Below, one piece after another: positions 9,307-19,842 of a DNA stretch of 64,000 bases. The first letter of the stretch is position 1. Every line of letters starts with the position of its first letter. The notes beneath the pieces are model-generated. The model was given only the letters and a program-made list of their open reading frames with translations, was not told the origin of the DNA and made no database searches. Source of the stretch: Nanobdellota archaeon (GTDB taxonomy: Archaea > Nanobdellota > Nanobdellia > Woesearchaeales > JBHPFW01); NCBI GenBank assembly GCA_042571645.1, contig JBHPFW010000003.1, positions 24,898 through 88,897 of the forward strand, in the 5' to 3' direction. The position numbers and the translations under genes were made by a program.

Positions 9307-10122
9307 ATGGCAGAGACAAAAATAAATTCTTTTGAACTATTAAAGAAAATGAGAGAAAATAAACCATTAGTACACCATATAACAAATTGGGTGACAATAT
9401 ATGATTGTGCTAATATAACAAGAGCTTTTGGTGCACTGCCAGTAATGGCTCATGCAAAAGAGGAATCTGCAGATATGGCAAATATTGCTTCTGCATTAGT
9501 ACTTAATATTGGAACATTGACTCCAGATTTAATTGATTCAATGATAAGTGCAGGAAAATCAGCCAATAAAAAAGGAATTCCAATAATATTGGATGCTGTG
9601 GGTGCTGGTGCAACAAAGCTAAGAACAGATGAATGCCACAAATTATTGACTGAGCTAAAGATTGAAATAATAAAAGGGAATGCAGGAGAGATTGCTACTT
9701 TAGCAGGTGCAGAAGCAGAAGTAAAAGGAGTTGAGTCAATGGGCCATGAGGGAGATATAGCGGAAATAGCAAAAGAATTTGCCAAACAGAAGAACGCTAC
9801 AATAGCAATTACAGGAGCAAAAGACATAGTTGTGAGTCCAGAAGGCAAAGTATTTGAAATAAGCAATGGCCATGAAATGATGGGCCATGTTGTAGGTACA
9901 GGATGCATGGCCGCGAGTGTAATAGGCAGTTTTGCTGGTGTGGCTAAGGATAAAGACTATGCAGTATCAACAGCAGCAGCATTAAGCAGTTATGGGGTTG
10001 CTGGAGAATTAGCAGCTAAATCATCTAAAGGTCCAGGAACATTCAAGGAAGGATTTTATGATGCCGTTTACAACTTAACTGAGGATCAATTAACAAATAT
10101 GCAAAAAATAGAGCAGCAATAA
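9307..10122 (+). CDS. thiM: hydroxyethylthiazole kinase
   Basis: ThiM family signatures: PLVHHITNWVT, a GTGC region, and a ribokinase-like fold. Confidence 0.85.
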   Translation: MAETKINSFELLKKMRENKPLVHHITNWVTIYDCANITRAFGALPVMAHAKEESADMANIASALVLNIGTLTPDLIDSMISAGKSANKKGIPIILDAVGAGATKLRTDECHKLLTELKIEIIKGNAGEIATLAGAEAEVKGVESMGHEGDIAEIAKEFAKQKNATIAITGAKDIVVSPEGKVFEISNGHEMMGHVVGTGCMAASVIGSFAGVAKDKDYAVSTAAALSSYGVAGELAAKSSKGPGTFKEGFYDAVYNLTEDQLTNMQKIEQQ

Positions 10123-10133
10123 ACTGAGGAAAA

Positions 10134-10670
10134 ATGAAAATCTTAGCAATATCTGGCTCGCCAAGGACTGGCAATATAGAATTTATCTTAAAAACATTAT
10201 TGAGTGAGATAGATTCTCATGAAACTGAATTAATTCTCTTAAAAGATCTAAAAATTGAGAATTGCACTGGGTGTGATGTTTGTTTTAATGAGAAAAAAGA
10301 TTGTTATATCGATGATGATATGAAGCAGCTCTACCTAAAGTTGGTTGAAGCAGATTTGATTGTTTTTGGCAGTCCAAATTATTTCAATAATGTAAGTGGT
10401 TTGATGAAGACATTTATTGATAGAACAAATTCATTGCTCAAGCCGTCCAAGTTGAAGGATAAAAGAACAGTCATTGTTTGTGTCGGAGGACAAAGTTTGG
10501 ATGATATAAAAAAATGCGAGTCTGCTTTAGAAGAATTCATAAAGATACACAAACTTGGTTTGGTTGCTAAATTAATATTGAAAGCAGATGCACCAGATGA
10601 GATAAAAAATAATCCTGAAGCAATAACTCAACTAAAAGAAGTTGGGAAAAGAATAAATGAATTAAAATGA
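10134..10670 (+). CDS. NAD(P)H-dependent FMN reductase-like flavoprotein
   Basis: MKILAISGSPR N-terminus typical of the NADPH-dependent FMN reductase / iron-sulfur flavoprotein family. A CxxC is present. Confidence 0.55.
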   Translation: MKILAISGSPRTGNIEFILKTLLSEIDSHETELILLKDLKIENCTGCDVCFNEKKDCYIDDDMKQLYLKLVEADLIVFGSPNYFNNVSGLMKTFIDRTNSLLKPSKLKDKRTVIVCVGGQSLDDIKKCESALEEFIKIHKLGLVAKLILKADAPDEIKNNPEAITQLKEVGKRINELK

Positions 10671-11299
10671 AATATAATTTAGGAACTTTAGGAGTATATC
10701 TTGTAACAGACAGAAAATTATCCAAGAAACCCATAGGTGAGGCAGCAAAAGATGCAATCGTGGGCGGTGTAAAAATAATTCAATATAGGGAAAAAGAACT
10801 GTCTTATGAAGAAAAACTCAAACAAGCCAAAAAACTTAGAAGACTAACAAAGTCTTTTGGAGTAATCTACATAATCAACGACGATGTAAAATTAGCTAAA
10901 GAAGTTGATGCTGATGGAGTGCATCTAGGCCAGGATGACATGACTTATGAAGAAGCAAGGGAAATCCTCGGTGAGGATAAAATAATTGGGGTAACAGCAC
11001 ATAACAGCAGGGAAGCAATACTTGCAGAAGGAAAAAAAGCAGATTATATAGCATTAAGCCCAATCTTTCAAACAGATACAAAAAAAGATGCAGGAAAACC
11101 AGCAGGAATAAAACTTATCGAGGAAGTAAGAGCCAAGGTAAAAACTCCGCTTGTTGCTATTGGCGGAATAAATGAAAACAATATACTCCAAGTGGCAAGA
11201 GCTGGAATAAAGACAATTGCAATGATATCTGCAATAATAACAAAAGATGATGTTGCTGGAGAGATAAGAAAATATAATGAACTAATACTCAAAAATTGA
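10667..11299 (+). CDS. thiE: thiamine-phosphate synthase
   Basis: ThiE TIM-barrel signatures: VYLVTDR...; ADGVHLGQDD; ADYIALSPIFQT; VAIGGI. Confidence 0.85.
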   Translation: MKYNLGTLGVYLVTDRKLSKKPIGEAAKDAIVGGVKIIQYREKELSYEEKLKQAKKLRRLTKSFGVIYIINDDVKLAKEVDADGVHLGQDDMTYEEAREILGEDKIIGVTAHNSREAILAEGKKADYIALSPIFQTDTKKDAGKPAGIKLIEEVRAKVKTPLVAIGGINENNILQVARAGIKTIAMISAIITKDDVAGEIRKYNELILKN

Positions 11300-11358
11300 A
11301 AAGTGGATTAAAAACAGTATTATAGAGAAAATAGTGAGAAGATTATGGAGAGAATAAA

Positions 11359-12654
11359 ATGACACAATTAAAGAAAGCAAGAGCAGGCACAATAACAGAA
11401 GAAATGAAATATGTTGCAGAGCAAGAATCACAGGATCCTGAAACTCTTAGGAAGGCTATTGCAGAAGGTACAATAGTTTTGCCGGCAAATATTCTTCATA
11501 AAAATATCAAGCCAATAGGAATAGGCAAAGGCTTAAAGACAAAGATAAATGCTAATATTGGTTCTTCTCCAGATGCTTCGGATATAGACAAGGAAGTAGA
11601 AAAAGTAAAATTATGCATAAAATATGGCGCAGATGCTGTAATGGATTTAAGCACCGGCGGAGATTTAGATAAAATAAGGATCGCAATAATAAAAGAAAGC
11701 ACTGTTCCAATAGGAACTGTTCCAGTATACCAAGCAGTAAAAGAAAAAGACACAATAGAGAATCTTACTGAACAGGATTTTATTGATGTTTTTGAAACGC
11801 AGGCAAAGCAAGGCGTAGACTTTATGACGATCCACGCGGGTTTAGTCCAGAAAACAATACCTCTTCTAAAAAACCGTCTTACTGGTGTGGTGAGCAGGGG
11901 CGGCAGCTTCATGGTTAAATGGATGCTGGCAAATAAAAAAGAAAACCCATACTATACACAATTCGATAAGGTTCTGGAGATAGCAAAAAAATATGATGTA
12001 ACTTTAAGTTTAGGTGATGGTTTAAGACCTGGCAGTTTGCATGATGCAACAGACAAAGCACAAATAGAAGAATTGAAAGTTTTGGGAGAACTGACAAAAA
12101 AGGCATGGCAGGAGGATGTGCAAGTGATGATTGAGGGCCCAGGCCATATCCCAATTAATGAGATAAAGGAAAATATGGATCTTCAAAAGAAATATTGCCA
12201 TAATGCGCCGTTTTATGTTCTTGGGCCCATAGTTACAGATATTGCCCCGGGTTATGATCACATAACATCTGCAATAGGAGCAGCAATAGCAGGATATCAT
12301 GGAGCAGATTTTTTGTGTTATGTAACTAGAAAAGAGCATTTGGGGTTGCCTTGTGGGGAGGATGTAAAGCAGGGAGTTGTGACATTCAAAGCAGTAGCAC
12401 ATGCAGTTGATATTGCAAAGGGCATTCCTGGAGCAAGAGACAGAGATGATGAAATGTCAAAAGCTAGAATGAACTTCGAATGGGAAAAACAATTTCAGCT
12501 GGCATTAGATCCAGAACTTGCAAGAGAATTGCGCCAAGATCATACTGTAGGAAAAGATTTCTGCAGCATGTGCGGTTCAAAATATTGCTCTATGAAAAAC
12601 TTTAAAGAAGCTAAAGAGAAATATTCCCTTGAAATAACAAAAAAGTGCCAATAA
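11359..12654 (+). CDS. thiC: phosphomethylpyrimidine synthase
   Basis: 431 aa ending in the radical-SAM-like ThiC C-terminal CSMCGSKYCSMK motif. The central region is conserved with ThiC. Confidence 0.95.
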   Translation: MTQLKKARAGTITEEMKYVAEQESQDPETLRKAIAEGTIVLPANILHKNIKPIGIGKGLKTKINANIGSSPDASDIDKEVEKVKLCIKYGADAVMDLSTGGDLDKIRIAIIKESTVPIGTVPVYQAVKEKDTIENLTEQDFIDVFETQAKQGVDFMTIHAGLVQKTIPLLKNRLTGVVSRGGSFMVKWMLANKKENPYYTQFDKVLEIAKKYDVTLSLGDGLRPGSLHDATDKAQIEELKVLGELTKKAWQEDVQVMIEGPGHIPINEIKENMDLQKKYCHNAPFYVLGPIVTDIAPGYDHITSAIGAAIAGYHGADFLCYVTRKEHLGLPCGEDVKQGVVTFKAVAHAVDIAKGIPGARDRDDEMSKARMNFEWEKQFQLALDPELARELRQDHTVGKDFCSMCGSKYCSMKNFKEAKEKYSLEITKKCQ

Positions 12655-12846
12655 TTTATTTGCTCGTCCTATTAAAATCACAGATTTTTGGCATCCTAGA
12701 AATGCTAAACATTTCTATGAGGCAGGGATTTTTACGGACTCGCAATTTAATTGGCACTTTTTTGGAATTAAAAAAGGCGCACTAAAGTGCGGGGTTTTAA
12801 ACCCTGCGCCATTTTTAATAAACAAAGAAGAATCAGAGAAAAAAGA

Positions 12847-13821
12847 ATGAAAATAAAAGACATTGGTGGAGAATTTGCATTGATTAATAGAGTTACAAAG
12901 AAAGTCAAGAATAGAAAAGTAATTGTTGGGATTGGAGATGATTGTGCAGTTATTGAAAAAGATGCAAAAAAATATACTGTTATAACAACAGACATGTTAG
13001 TAGAGAATGATCATTTTAGATTAGATTGGGCTACTCCTTTACAAGTAGGAAAAAAAGCAATGGAAGCAAATGTAAGTGATGTAGCTTCTATGGGGGGAAT
13101 GCCAAAGTATGCATTGGTGTCACTGTCTCTCACACCAAAAACTTCTGTTGAAATTATTGATGAGTTGTATAAGGGATTCTATTCTGTTGCAAAAAAATAT
13201 GGTTTTGATATTATCGGCGGAGACATGACTCATGGCAGCGAGATGACGATTAGCATAACTATAATTGGCGAAGTTGAGAAGAATAAATTAGCCTTGCGCA
13301 GTAATGCAAAGCCAGGAGAATTAATATTAGTAACTGGTGTGTTGGGAGGATCAACTGCAGGATTGGAATTATTGTTGAAAGACAAAAATAATCTGAAAAA
13401 AAGAAAAAAACTTTTAGAATATCATCTAAATCCGACTTGCAGATTGAAAAAAGCAAGACATCTTGTGGGTTTGGGAGTAAAATGTATGATTGATGTAAGT
13501 GATGGTTTGGCTTCAGAGGTAAAACACATTTGTGAGATGTCAAAAACAGGAGCAGTAATATTTAAGGATTGCATACCCTTGGATAAATCAACTAGGAAAG
13601 CAGCAGAAATAGTTAGCAAAGATCCTTATGATTTTGCTCTTTCTGGTGGTGAGGATTTTGAATTGGTATTCACCTTATCCAAGAAAAATTACGAGAAAAA
13701 CAAATCAAAATTAAGGGATTGCTTTGTTGTTGGAAAAATATTGGATAAGAAAAAAGGAATTTATTTATTTGATGGTGTTAAGAAAGAATTGGCAGGAGGA
13801 TATGATCATTTCAAATCCTAA
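12847..13821 (+). CDS. thiL: thiamine-monophosphate kinase
   Basis: AIR-synthase-related fold: IGDDCAVI, GGDMTHGS. The start is taken at the internal Met (MKIKDIGGEF) rather than the upstream ORF-track start. Confidence 0.8.
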   Translation: MKIKDIGGEFALINRVTKKVKNRKVIVGIGDDCAVIEKDAKKYTVITTDMLVENDHFRLDWATPLQVGKKAMEANVSDVASMGGMPKYALVSLSLTPKTSVEIIDELYKGFYSVAKKYGFDIIGGDMTHGSEMTISITIIGEVEKNKLALRSNAKPGELILVTGVLGGSTAGLELLLKDKNNLKKRKKLLEYHLNPTCRLKKARHLVGLGVKCMIDVSDGLASEVKHICEMSKTGAVIFKDCIPLDKSTRKAAEIVSKDPYDFALSGGEDFELVFTLSKKNYEKNKSKLRDCFVVGKILDKKKGIYLFDGVKKELAGGYDHFKS

Positions 13822-14290
13822 TAATCTGTTTATGTTCTTCAAGCTGTTCTTCTAATTGTTCCATTGTTTTCTGAAGTTTGGGATGAACAAACTTAGGATC
13901 AATTTCTGCCATAGGCACAACTGCAAAAGAATGTTTTTCCATATCAGGATGGGGTACGATTAAATTATCTTCTTCAATAGTCTGATCACCATAGAATAAT
14001 ATATCTAAATCAATTGTTCTTGGAGCTTTTCTGTCTTCCTGGTTCCTTCCAAGTTTTTTCTCTATATCCATCAAGAAATCAAGAAGTTCTTTTGGACTTA
14101 AATCTGTTTCAGCTTTTACAACACCATTAAAGAACCAATCTTGGTCTTCAAACCCCATTGGCTCAGTTTCAAAAAGAGATGATTCCTGTAGAATATTTAT
14201 CTTTTCTTTCATCATATCTATAGCTTTATCTATGTGAATCTTTTTGTCCTCAATATTAGAACCAACACCAATATACACAATATTCCCCAT
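13811..14290 (-). CDS. folK: 2-amino-4-hydroxy-6-hydroxymethyldihydropteridine pyrophosphokinase (HPPK)
   Basis: VYIGVGSN, EPMGF, RTIDLDIL, and PHP motifs. Confidence 0.85.
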   Translation of the reverse strand: MGNIVYIGVGSNIEDKKIHIDKAIDMMKEKINILQESSLFETEPMGFEDQDWFFNGVVKAETDLSPKELLDFLMDIEKKLGRNQEDRKAPRTIDLDILFYGDQTIEEDNLIVPHPDMEKHSFAVVPMAEIDPKFVHPKLQKTMEQLEEQLEEHKQIIRI

Positions 14291-14383
14291 ATATTATTAC
14301 TATAGTGCAATTATTTTATAAAATTTACTAAATTCTTTATAAATGATGTTTGGAATTCTAGAGAATTGATGTAATAATAAAGT

Positions 14384-14658
14384 GGACAGGCACACCCACT
14401 GATGGACAGAAAATGAATACAAAGGTTGAACCTTGACTTTTTCTCATTTCCGCAACCCTGCAAGCACCGATCAACTCAGTTAACGCTGCTCCATTCCTGG
14501 TCTGACGTGGTTCCTGAAAAGATTAGTCGAGCAGGACAGAAAATCATTGGCCAAGCCAAGACCTAGTACTCAAAATCTGCCTCTCAGCAAGCTTCACTCC
14601 AACCATAAAGCTCGTTTGTTGTTACAAGAGAGAGCTATCCTCCCGAGCTAGCCTGTCC
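14384..14658 (-). ncRNA. ffs: signal recognition particle RNA (7S/SRP RNA)
   Basis: GC-rich island. The minus-strand segment GUCAGACCAGGAAUGGAGCAGCG matches the conserved SRP domain IV consensus (GGUCAGGUCCGGAAGGAAGCAGC). The 5' GGACAGGC pairs with the 3' GCCUGUCC to form the terminal helix. Length of about 275 nt fits an archaeal SRP RNA. Confidence 0.7.
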
Positions 14659-14708
14659 AAAGCAAAGAAGTAAAGGCCTTTTTAAATACTTTTTGGGTGA
14701 GTTGCGGA

Positions 14709-15632
14709 TTAAATAAAGAAAAGAATCAATCCTATAATCCCATATCCTAAGAAACAGCCTGTACTGATGAAAGGCATTGCAGGATAAAACTTCCCTTCTT
14801 TTGAGGAAAATAAAAGCCATGAGAGTGCAAGTGTAGTTGTGACAATTATTATGCAGGAAAGTAAGAAAGCATATAATTTTGGCATTCCCTGGCTCAAAAT
14901 AAGCCATTCAATCACAGTTCCTGAAAAAAGAAGCGGGAATGCAATATCTCCACCGCCTAAAATTGCTGATTTTCCTTTTTTCTTAACAAGCTTCTTTCCA
15001 GTAGCCTTCTTGGATGATAGGATTCTTGATTTTTTATCATAAGGAATAAACAACCCTGCAAACACTTTTGCTTCTGTCTGAAATTTTGCTAATTTAACCA
15101 TGTGTTTGGATTTCCAGACAGCATATGCATCATATATGGCTATTATTATCAATAAAATCGAGGCTGAGAAAAGATTGAGTATAGGAATAAAGATTAATGT
15201 AAGGCCAGTATAGATAAATGGTTCTGTGAGGTTATGGATGTATACATTATTTCTATAGACTTTTAATCCTGCCAAAATTATTGCAGCAAGAACAGCTAAA
15301 AGGCCCGGCATGTAAACACCTAATGCAACAGCCAATGTTAAAAAAACCGTGATCAAATACCAGTATTTCCAGACAAAGCCTGCTCTAAATCTTATGAGAA
15401 CAAACACCAGCAATGTACCTATGATTATTGCAATGAAAATCATCACAAAAGTATAATCTTTATTCTCAACTTCAGGAGCTTCCCCAATAACAGTTGCTGG
15501 ATGAGAAATTGTAATAGTGCCATTAACATCCTTTTCTACTTGAATATACTTAGTTACTGTACCAATCCCAATAAGCTGGCTGATTACAAAAAGCCCGATG
15601 AGGAATAGGGTTATTTTCATGGTATGTTTCAT
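14709..15632 (-). CDS. presenilin/signal-peptide-peptidase family intramembrane aspartyl protease
   Basis: Multi-TM protein carrying the YD (AIYDAYAV), GxGD (LGGGDIAFP) and PAL-like (YPAMPF) motifs. Confidence 0.75.
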   Translation of the reverse strand: MKHTMKITLFLIGLFVISQLIGIGTVTKYIQVEKDVNGTITISHPATVIGEAPEVENKDYTFVMIFIAIIIGTLLVFVLIRFRAGFVWKYWYLITVFLTLAVALGVYMPGLLAVLAAIILAGLKVYRNNVYIHNLTEPFIYTGLTLIFIPILNLFSASILLIIIAIYDAYAVWKSKHMVKLAKFQTEAKVFAGLFIPYDKKSRILSSKKATGKKLVKKKGKSAILGGGDIAFPLLFSGTVIEWLILSQGMPKLYAFLLSCIIIVTTTLALSWLLFSSKEGKFYPAMPFISTGCFLGYGIIGLILFFI

Positions 15633-15690
15633 AATAGGTGTTGATTTTGAGGTATTTTTATAAATATATTCATTTTAACTTCAAATATGA

Positions 15691-15796
15691 TGGCTACTGG
15701 GGCGAGTCCGATTGATCTGTAAATTAATCTCGCAATCTCAGTTGACCATGCAATATCATGAAGAAAAACCAGTGGACTCTAGGCGCCAGTAGCCAC
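15691..15796. ncRNA. unclassified structured element with a 10-bp closing helix upstream of the ORF at 15804
   Basis: tggctactgg (15691-15700) pairs with ccagtagcca (15787-15796). The interior is GC-richer than the flanks. The attempted tRNA fold failed. Confidence 0.25.
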
Positions 15797-15803
15797 ATAT
15801 AAA

Positions 15804-16268
15804 ATGAACAAAATAGCAAATTTCATTGAAATTAGAGCATTTTCAAACCCAGAAGATGATTATGATAAAGTATATAATGCATTTATTAGTTTACTGCCGA
15901 GCTTTGAATATGAAGAAGAATCTAAGAAGCCAAAGCCAACAGTAAAAAATACACAGGGCTTTGAAGAAAAAACAATTAGAATGATAGAAATTAAATTAGA
16001 GAAGAACAAACACATAAATGACTTCATAAAGAAATTGGCCAGTAATTTGAGTGATGATCAAAAAGAACTATTAGTTAGACAAGCTGATTCAAGATTGGAT
16101 GAACATTTGCATTTCTTTTTACGTTTGGATAAAGAGAAACTGCAAAACAATGAGTATCTGATGACAGATTCTGGAGATTGTTATCATGTTAAAATTGGCC
16201 TGAGTTGTTTTCCAGCAAAAAGAGAAAAAGCTATTGAGTTGATCGGGGAGATATTTGGCAAGACTTAA
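15804..16268 (+). CDS. hypothetical protein (154 aa)
   Basis: Complete ORF. The family was not recognised with confidence. Confidence 0.45.
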   Translation: MNKIANFIEIRAFSNPEDDYDKVYNAFISLLPSFEYEEESKKPKPTVKNTQGFEEKTIRMIEIKLEKNKHINDFIKKLASNLSDDQKELLVRQADSRLDEHLHFFLRLDKEKLQNNEYLMTDSGDCYHVKIGLSCFPAKREKAIELIGEIFGKT

Positions 16269-16519
16269 ATACCAGTTATCCATTACCATTTCTGATATAA
16301 AATGAAACAAAGTGATTGTCTTTGGCACGAGCAACCGTTATTCTAAGTTTTATATAGCTAAAGCAGTAAAAATATTGCTTATTTTTTCAAGAAACTGGCA
16401 TTGGTGCTAGCTAATTCTCTATAAACCATTTTTTAGCTGTTTTGGCCTTTAATACGTTTTTACAACTCTTTAGCCATTACAAACCTATATAAATTATAAT
16501 ATAACAGGAGGAGATATAA

Positions 16520-18190
16520 ATGCTTAAAACCTTAAAAAAAGCCAAGTTGGGGGATTTGGTGCCTATATACAAGTCTGTAAGGGCTCCAAAAGACGCAGTA
16601 GAGTATTTTGCACGGATTTCTGATTATGGCAGACAGCAGAATAGTATTTTGCTTGAGTCAGCAGATATTGTTCCTAAATACGGCAGATTCAGCTTAGGAA
16701 GTGCAGATCCTTGTTTAAGAATAACTGGAAATCAGGATGAATTTGAAATCTTAGCACTGAATGACACTGGCAAGAGATTTCTCAAATTCATAAGAGATGA
16801 TTTTGGTTTTGTGAGAAACAAAAAAATCACGCCATCAAAGATATCTGGCAAACTGAGAGCATCTGCAAAATCAAAACAGTCAGATGAGCAGGAAAGATTA
16901 AAACAACGCACTCACGCAGATATTCTCAGAACAATCGCATTCAAATTCAATCCAATATCAAAACCATTTATGGCATATGGCGGGTTGTTTGGCGCAATAT
17001 CTTATGACTTTATTGATCAGTTTGAAAAACTCCCGAAGAATAGAGATGACATAACAAAGGATCCGGACTATGAAATGTATTTCTTGGACAACTTATTCAT
17101 CATTGACCACAAAAAAGGAAAGATGAATATAATTGCAAATGCTTTGATAACAACAGATGATGAACAAAAGAAAAAAGAAATTCTGAAAGAATGCCAGAAA
17201 AAAATAAGCAATTACACAAAATCAGTAAAAAAATCTTTGCCAAAAAAAGGAAAATTCGAGAAAGCAGAGATTAAGACATCAACTGATACCTCAAAAGAAG
17301 AATATGAAGCAATAGTGGAAAAAATGAAGGAACACATAGTTCTTGGAGATATATTCCAGGTAGTTCCATCAAGGACAATAATCTCGACATATAACAATGA
17401 GCCTTTAGATATTTATACAACCTTAAGAGCACTAAATCCTTCGCCATACATGTTTTATATGAATATTAAATCGGGGATATTGCTTGGAGCTTCTCCTGAG
17501 ATGGCATTAAGAGTTGAAGGATCAGGGATAAAAAGAGATTCAGAAAAAACAGTTGAAATAAGACCTATTGCAGGAACAAAACCAAGAGGTTTCAACACCA
17601 AAGGAGAAATCGATCCTGATGCAGACTCTAGATATGAAACAGAACTAAAGATAGACACTAAAGAATTAGCAGAACATACAATGCTTGTGGATTTGGCTAG
17701 AAATGATATTGCAAAAGTCTCAAAACCAGGTACTAGAGTTGTTAATGAGCCGTTTGTGGTCGAGAAATATTCCCACGTACAACATTTAGTAAGTAATGTT
17801 TCAGGAAAACTGAGTGATGATCTGGATGCACTGCATGCTTATCTTGCAACAATGAACATGGGCACATTAACTGGCGCTCCTAAAATTGAAGCAATGAAAC
17901 TGATAAGAAAATCCGAAAAAAACAAACGAGGCTTTTATGGCGGAAGTGTTGGTTATTTAACTCCCTCTGGAGACATGGATACAACAATAGTGATAAGGTC
18001 AATGCAAATTAAAGGGAAAAAAGCATATGTCAGGGCAGGTGCGGGGATTGTTTATGACAGTGTTGCACCAAATGAATTCATGGAAACTGAAAAGAAAACA
18101 AGATCTTGCTTAGTTGCAATAGAAAATGCTTCAAAAGGAAAAAAGAAAGCAAGTAAGCCATCATTAAAGAAAAGAGGTGGCAGAAAATGA
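16520..18190 (+). CDS. trpE: anthranilate synthase component I
   Basis: LVDLARNDIAKVS, GTLTGAPKIEAM, and GAGIVYDS motifs. Confidence 0.95.
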   Translation: MLKTLKKAKLGDLVPIYKSVRAPKDAVEYFARISDYGRQQNSILLESADIVPKYGRFSLGSADPCLRITGNQDEFEILALNDTGKRFLKFIRDDFGFVRNKKITPSKISGKLRASAKSKQSDEQERLKQRTHADILRTIAFKFNPISKPFMAYGGLFGAISYDFIDQFEKLPKNRDDITKDPDYEMYFLDNLFIIDHKKGKMNIIANALITTDDEQKKKEILKECQKKISNYTKSVKKSLPKKGKFEKAEIKTSTDTSKEEYEAIVEKMKEHIVLGDIFQVVPSRTIISTYNNEPLDIYTTLRALNPSPYMFYMNIKSGILLGASPEMALRVEGSGIKRDSEKTVEIRPIAGTKPRGFNTKGEIDPDADSRYETELKIDTKELAEHTMLVDLARNDIAKVSKPGTRVVNEPFVVEKYSHVQHLVSNVSGKLSDDLDALHAYLATMNMGTLTGAPKIEAMKLIRKSEKNKRGFYGGSVGYLTPSGDMDTTIVIRSMQIKGKKAYVRAGAGIVYDSVAPNEFMETEKKTRSCLVAIENASKGKKKASKPSLKKRGGRK

Positions 18191-18786
18191 AAAAGAAAAA
18201 ATCCACCTCTATCAAGCCAAGAATTTTGTTTATAGACAATTTTGACAGCTTTACATATAATTTAGTAGATGAATTTGAAAAGAGAAACTGTGAAGTTTTG
18301 GTTTACAGAAATGACGTTGACTTGAAAATAATTGCAGACTGTGTTAAGAAATTCAAACCTCAACTAATAGTTATCTCTCCAGGACCAAGCAATCCAAAAA
18401 ATGCAGGTAATTCAGTTGCTATAATAAGAAAATACAAAGAAAAAATTCCAATATTTGGAGTATGCTTAGGCCACCAATGCATTATTGAAGCATTCAAAGG
18501 CAAAGTTGATAGTGCACCAGAGATTATTCATGGAAAACCATCTAAAATATTGCACGGAAGCACAGGAATTTTTCAAGGCTTAGAGAATCCGCTACAAGCA
18601 GGAAGATATCATTCATTATGCAGTGTAAAAATCACAGATGATTTAAAGGTGACAGCAGAAACAGACGGAATTGTAATGGCAATACAACACAAGGATCTGC
18701 CAATATATGGTGTGCAGTTCCATCCTGAAAGTATACTAACACCGACAGGAGGAAAGTTGATTGAGAATGTCATTAACATATTATAA
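18187..18786 (+). CDS. trpG: anthranilate synthase component II (glutamine amidotransferase)
   Basis: Class I GATase: GVCLGHQ plus the HPES catalytic triad region. Confidence 0.9.
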   Translation: MKKKKSTSIKPRILFIDNFDSFTYNLVDEFEKRNCEVLVYRNDVDLKIIADCVKKFKPQLIVISPGPSNPKNAGNSVAIIRKYKEKIPIFGVCLGHQCIIEAFKGKVDSAPEIIHGKPSKILHGSTGIFQGLENPLQAGRYHSLCSVKITDDLKVTAETDGIVMAIQHKDLPIYGVQFHPESILTPTGGKLIENVINIL

Positions 18787-18810
18787 TTTTGTTTGTAAAG
18801 GTGAATCAAG

Positions 18811-19842
18811 ATGATAAAAGATGCAATAGCAAAACTTGTGGAAAAGCAAGATTTAATATTCGGAGAAGCTGAAGCTTCAATGAATGAAATCATGAGCGGG
18901 GAAGCTACGCAAGCACAGATTGGGTCATTCCTAACAGCCTTGAGGATGAAGGGAGAGACAATAGATGAAATAGCAGCATGTGCAAAAGTTATGAGGGAAA
19001 AAGCTTCCAGAATCAAGCCCAAGAATCAAGATCAGCTAGTAGATGTTGTAGGAACAGGAGGAGATAAATCAGGCACATTCAATATTTCCACAACAACAAT
19101 GTTTGTGGTGGCAGGAGCTGAAGTGCCAGTAGCAAAACACGGCAATAAATCTGTCTCAAGCAAATCCGGAGCAGCAGATGTATTGGATGCACTAGGAGTA
19201 AAGATTGATCTTGAACCAAAGCAAGTTGAGCAGTGTATATCTGAAACAGGAATCGGTTTTATGTTTGCACCAAAATTTCATGGGGCAATGAAACATGCAA
19301 TAGGCCCAAGAAAAGAAATGGGCATAAGAACAATATTCAATATTTTGGGGCCATTAACAAATCCAGCAGAAGCACCTTATGAGTTGATGGGGGTTTTTAG
19401 TCCAGATTTAACAGAGCCATTGGCAGAAGTACTTGCAAAACTTGGATGTAAGCAAGCCATGGTGGTTCATGGTTCTGGGTTAGATGAAATTACAATAGTA
19501 GGAGAAACAAGAGTGTCAGAATTAAAGGAGGGTCATGTAATGACCTACACAATTAAACCGACAGACTTCGGTATAAAGATGGCAGACTTGTCAGAAATTT
19601 TGGGGGGAACAGCAGAGGAAAATGCAAAAATTACAATGGCTATTCTTGAAGGCAAAGAACAAGGCCCAAAAAGAGACATAGTTCTTCTGAATGCAGCTGC
19701 ATCTTTGGTAGCAGCTAAAAAAGCAGGGAACATAATAGATGGAATAGAACTAGCAAAGAAATCGATTGACTCAGGTAAAGCATTAGAAAAACTTGAAATG
19801 CTCAAGAAATTCACAAATAATCAAAAGGGTGAACAGAAATGA
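18811..19842 (+). CDS. trpD: anthranilate phosphoribosyltransferase
   Basis: [16 protein letters not shown] and AKHGN motifs. Confidence 0.9.
   Translation: MIKDAIAKLVEKQDLIFGEAEASMNEIMSGEATQAQIGSFLTALRMKGETIDEIAACAKVMREKASRIKPKNQDQLVDVVGTGGDKSGTFNISTTTMFVVAGAEVPVAKHGNKSVSSKSGAADVLDALGVKIDLEPKQVEQCISETGIGFMFAPKFHGAMKHAIGPRKEMGIRTIFNILGPLTNPAEAPYELMGVFSPDLTEPLAEVLAKLGCKQAMVVHGSGLDEITIVGETRVSELKEGHVMTYTIKPTDFGIKMADLSEILGGTAEENAKITMAILEGKEQGPKRDIVLLNAAASLVAAKKAGNIIDGIELAKKSIDSGKALEKLEMLKKFTNNQKGEQK

Noticed and set aside
14635-14907. 90-aa minus-strand ORF overlapping the SRP RNA 5' end and the presenilin-like gene
   Set aside because: Overlaps a confidently identified RNA gene and a motif-bearing protein gene in another frame, so it is likely spurious.
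15691-15796. Attempt to fold the 106-nt element as an intron-containing tRNA
   Set aside because: Candidate T-arms (gcgag-tccgatt...ctcgc) do not connect to a compatible acceptor stem on either strand. It is kept only as an unclassified structured element.
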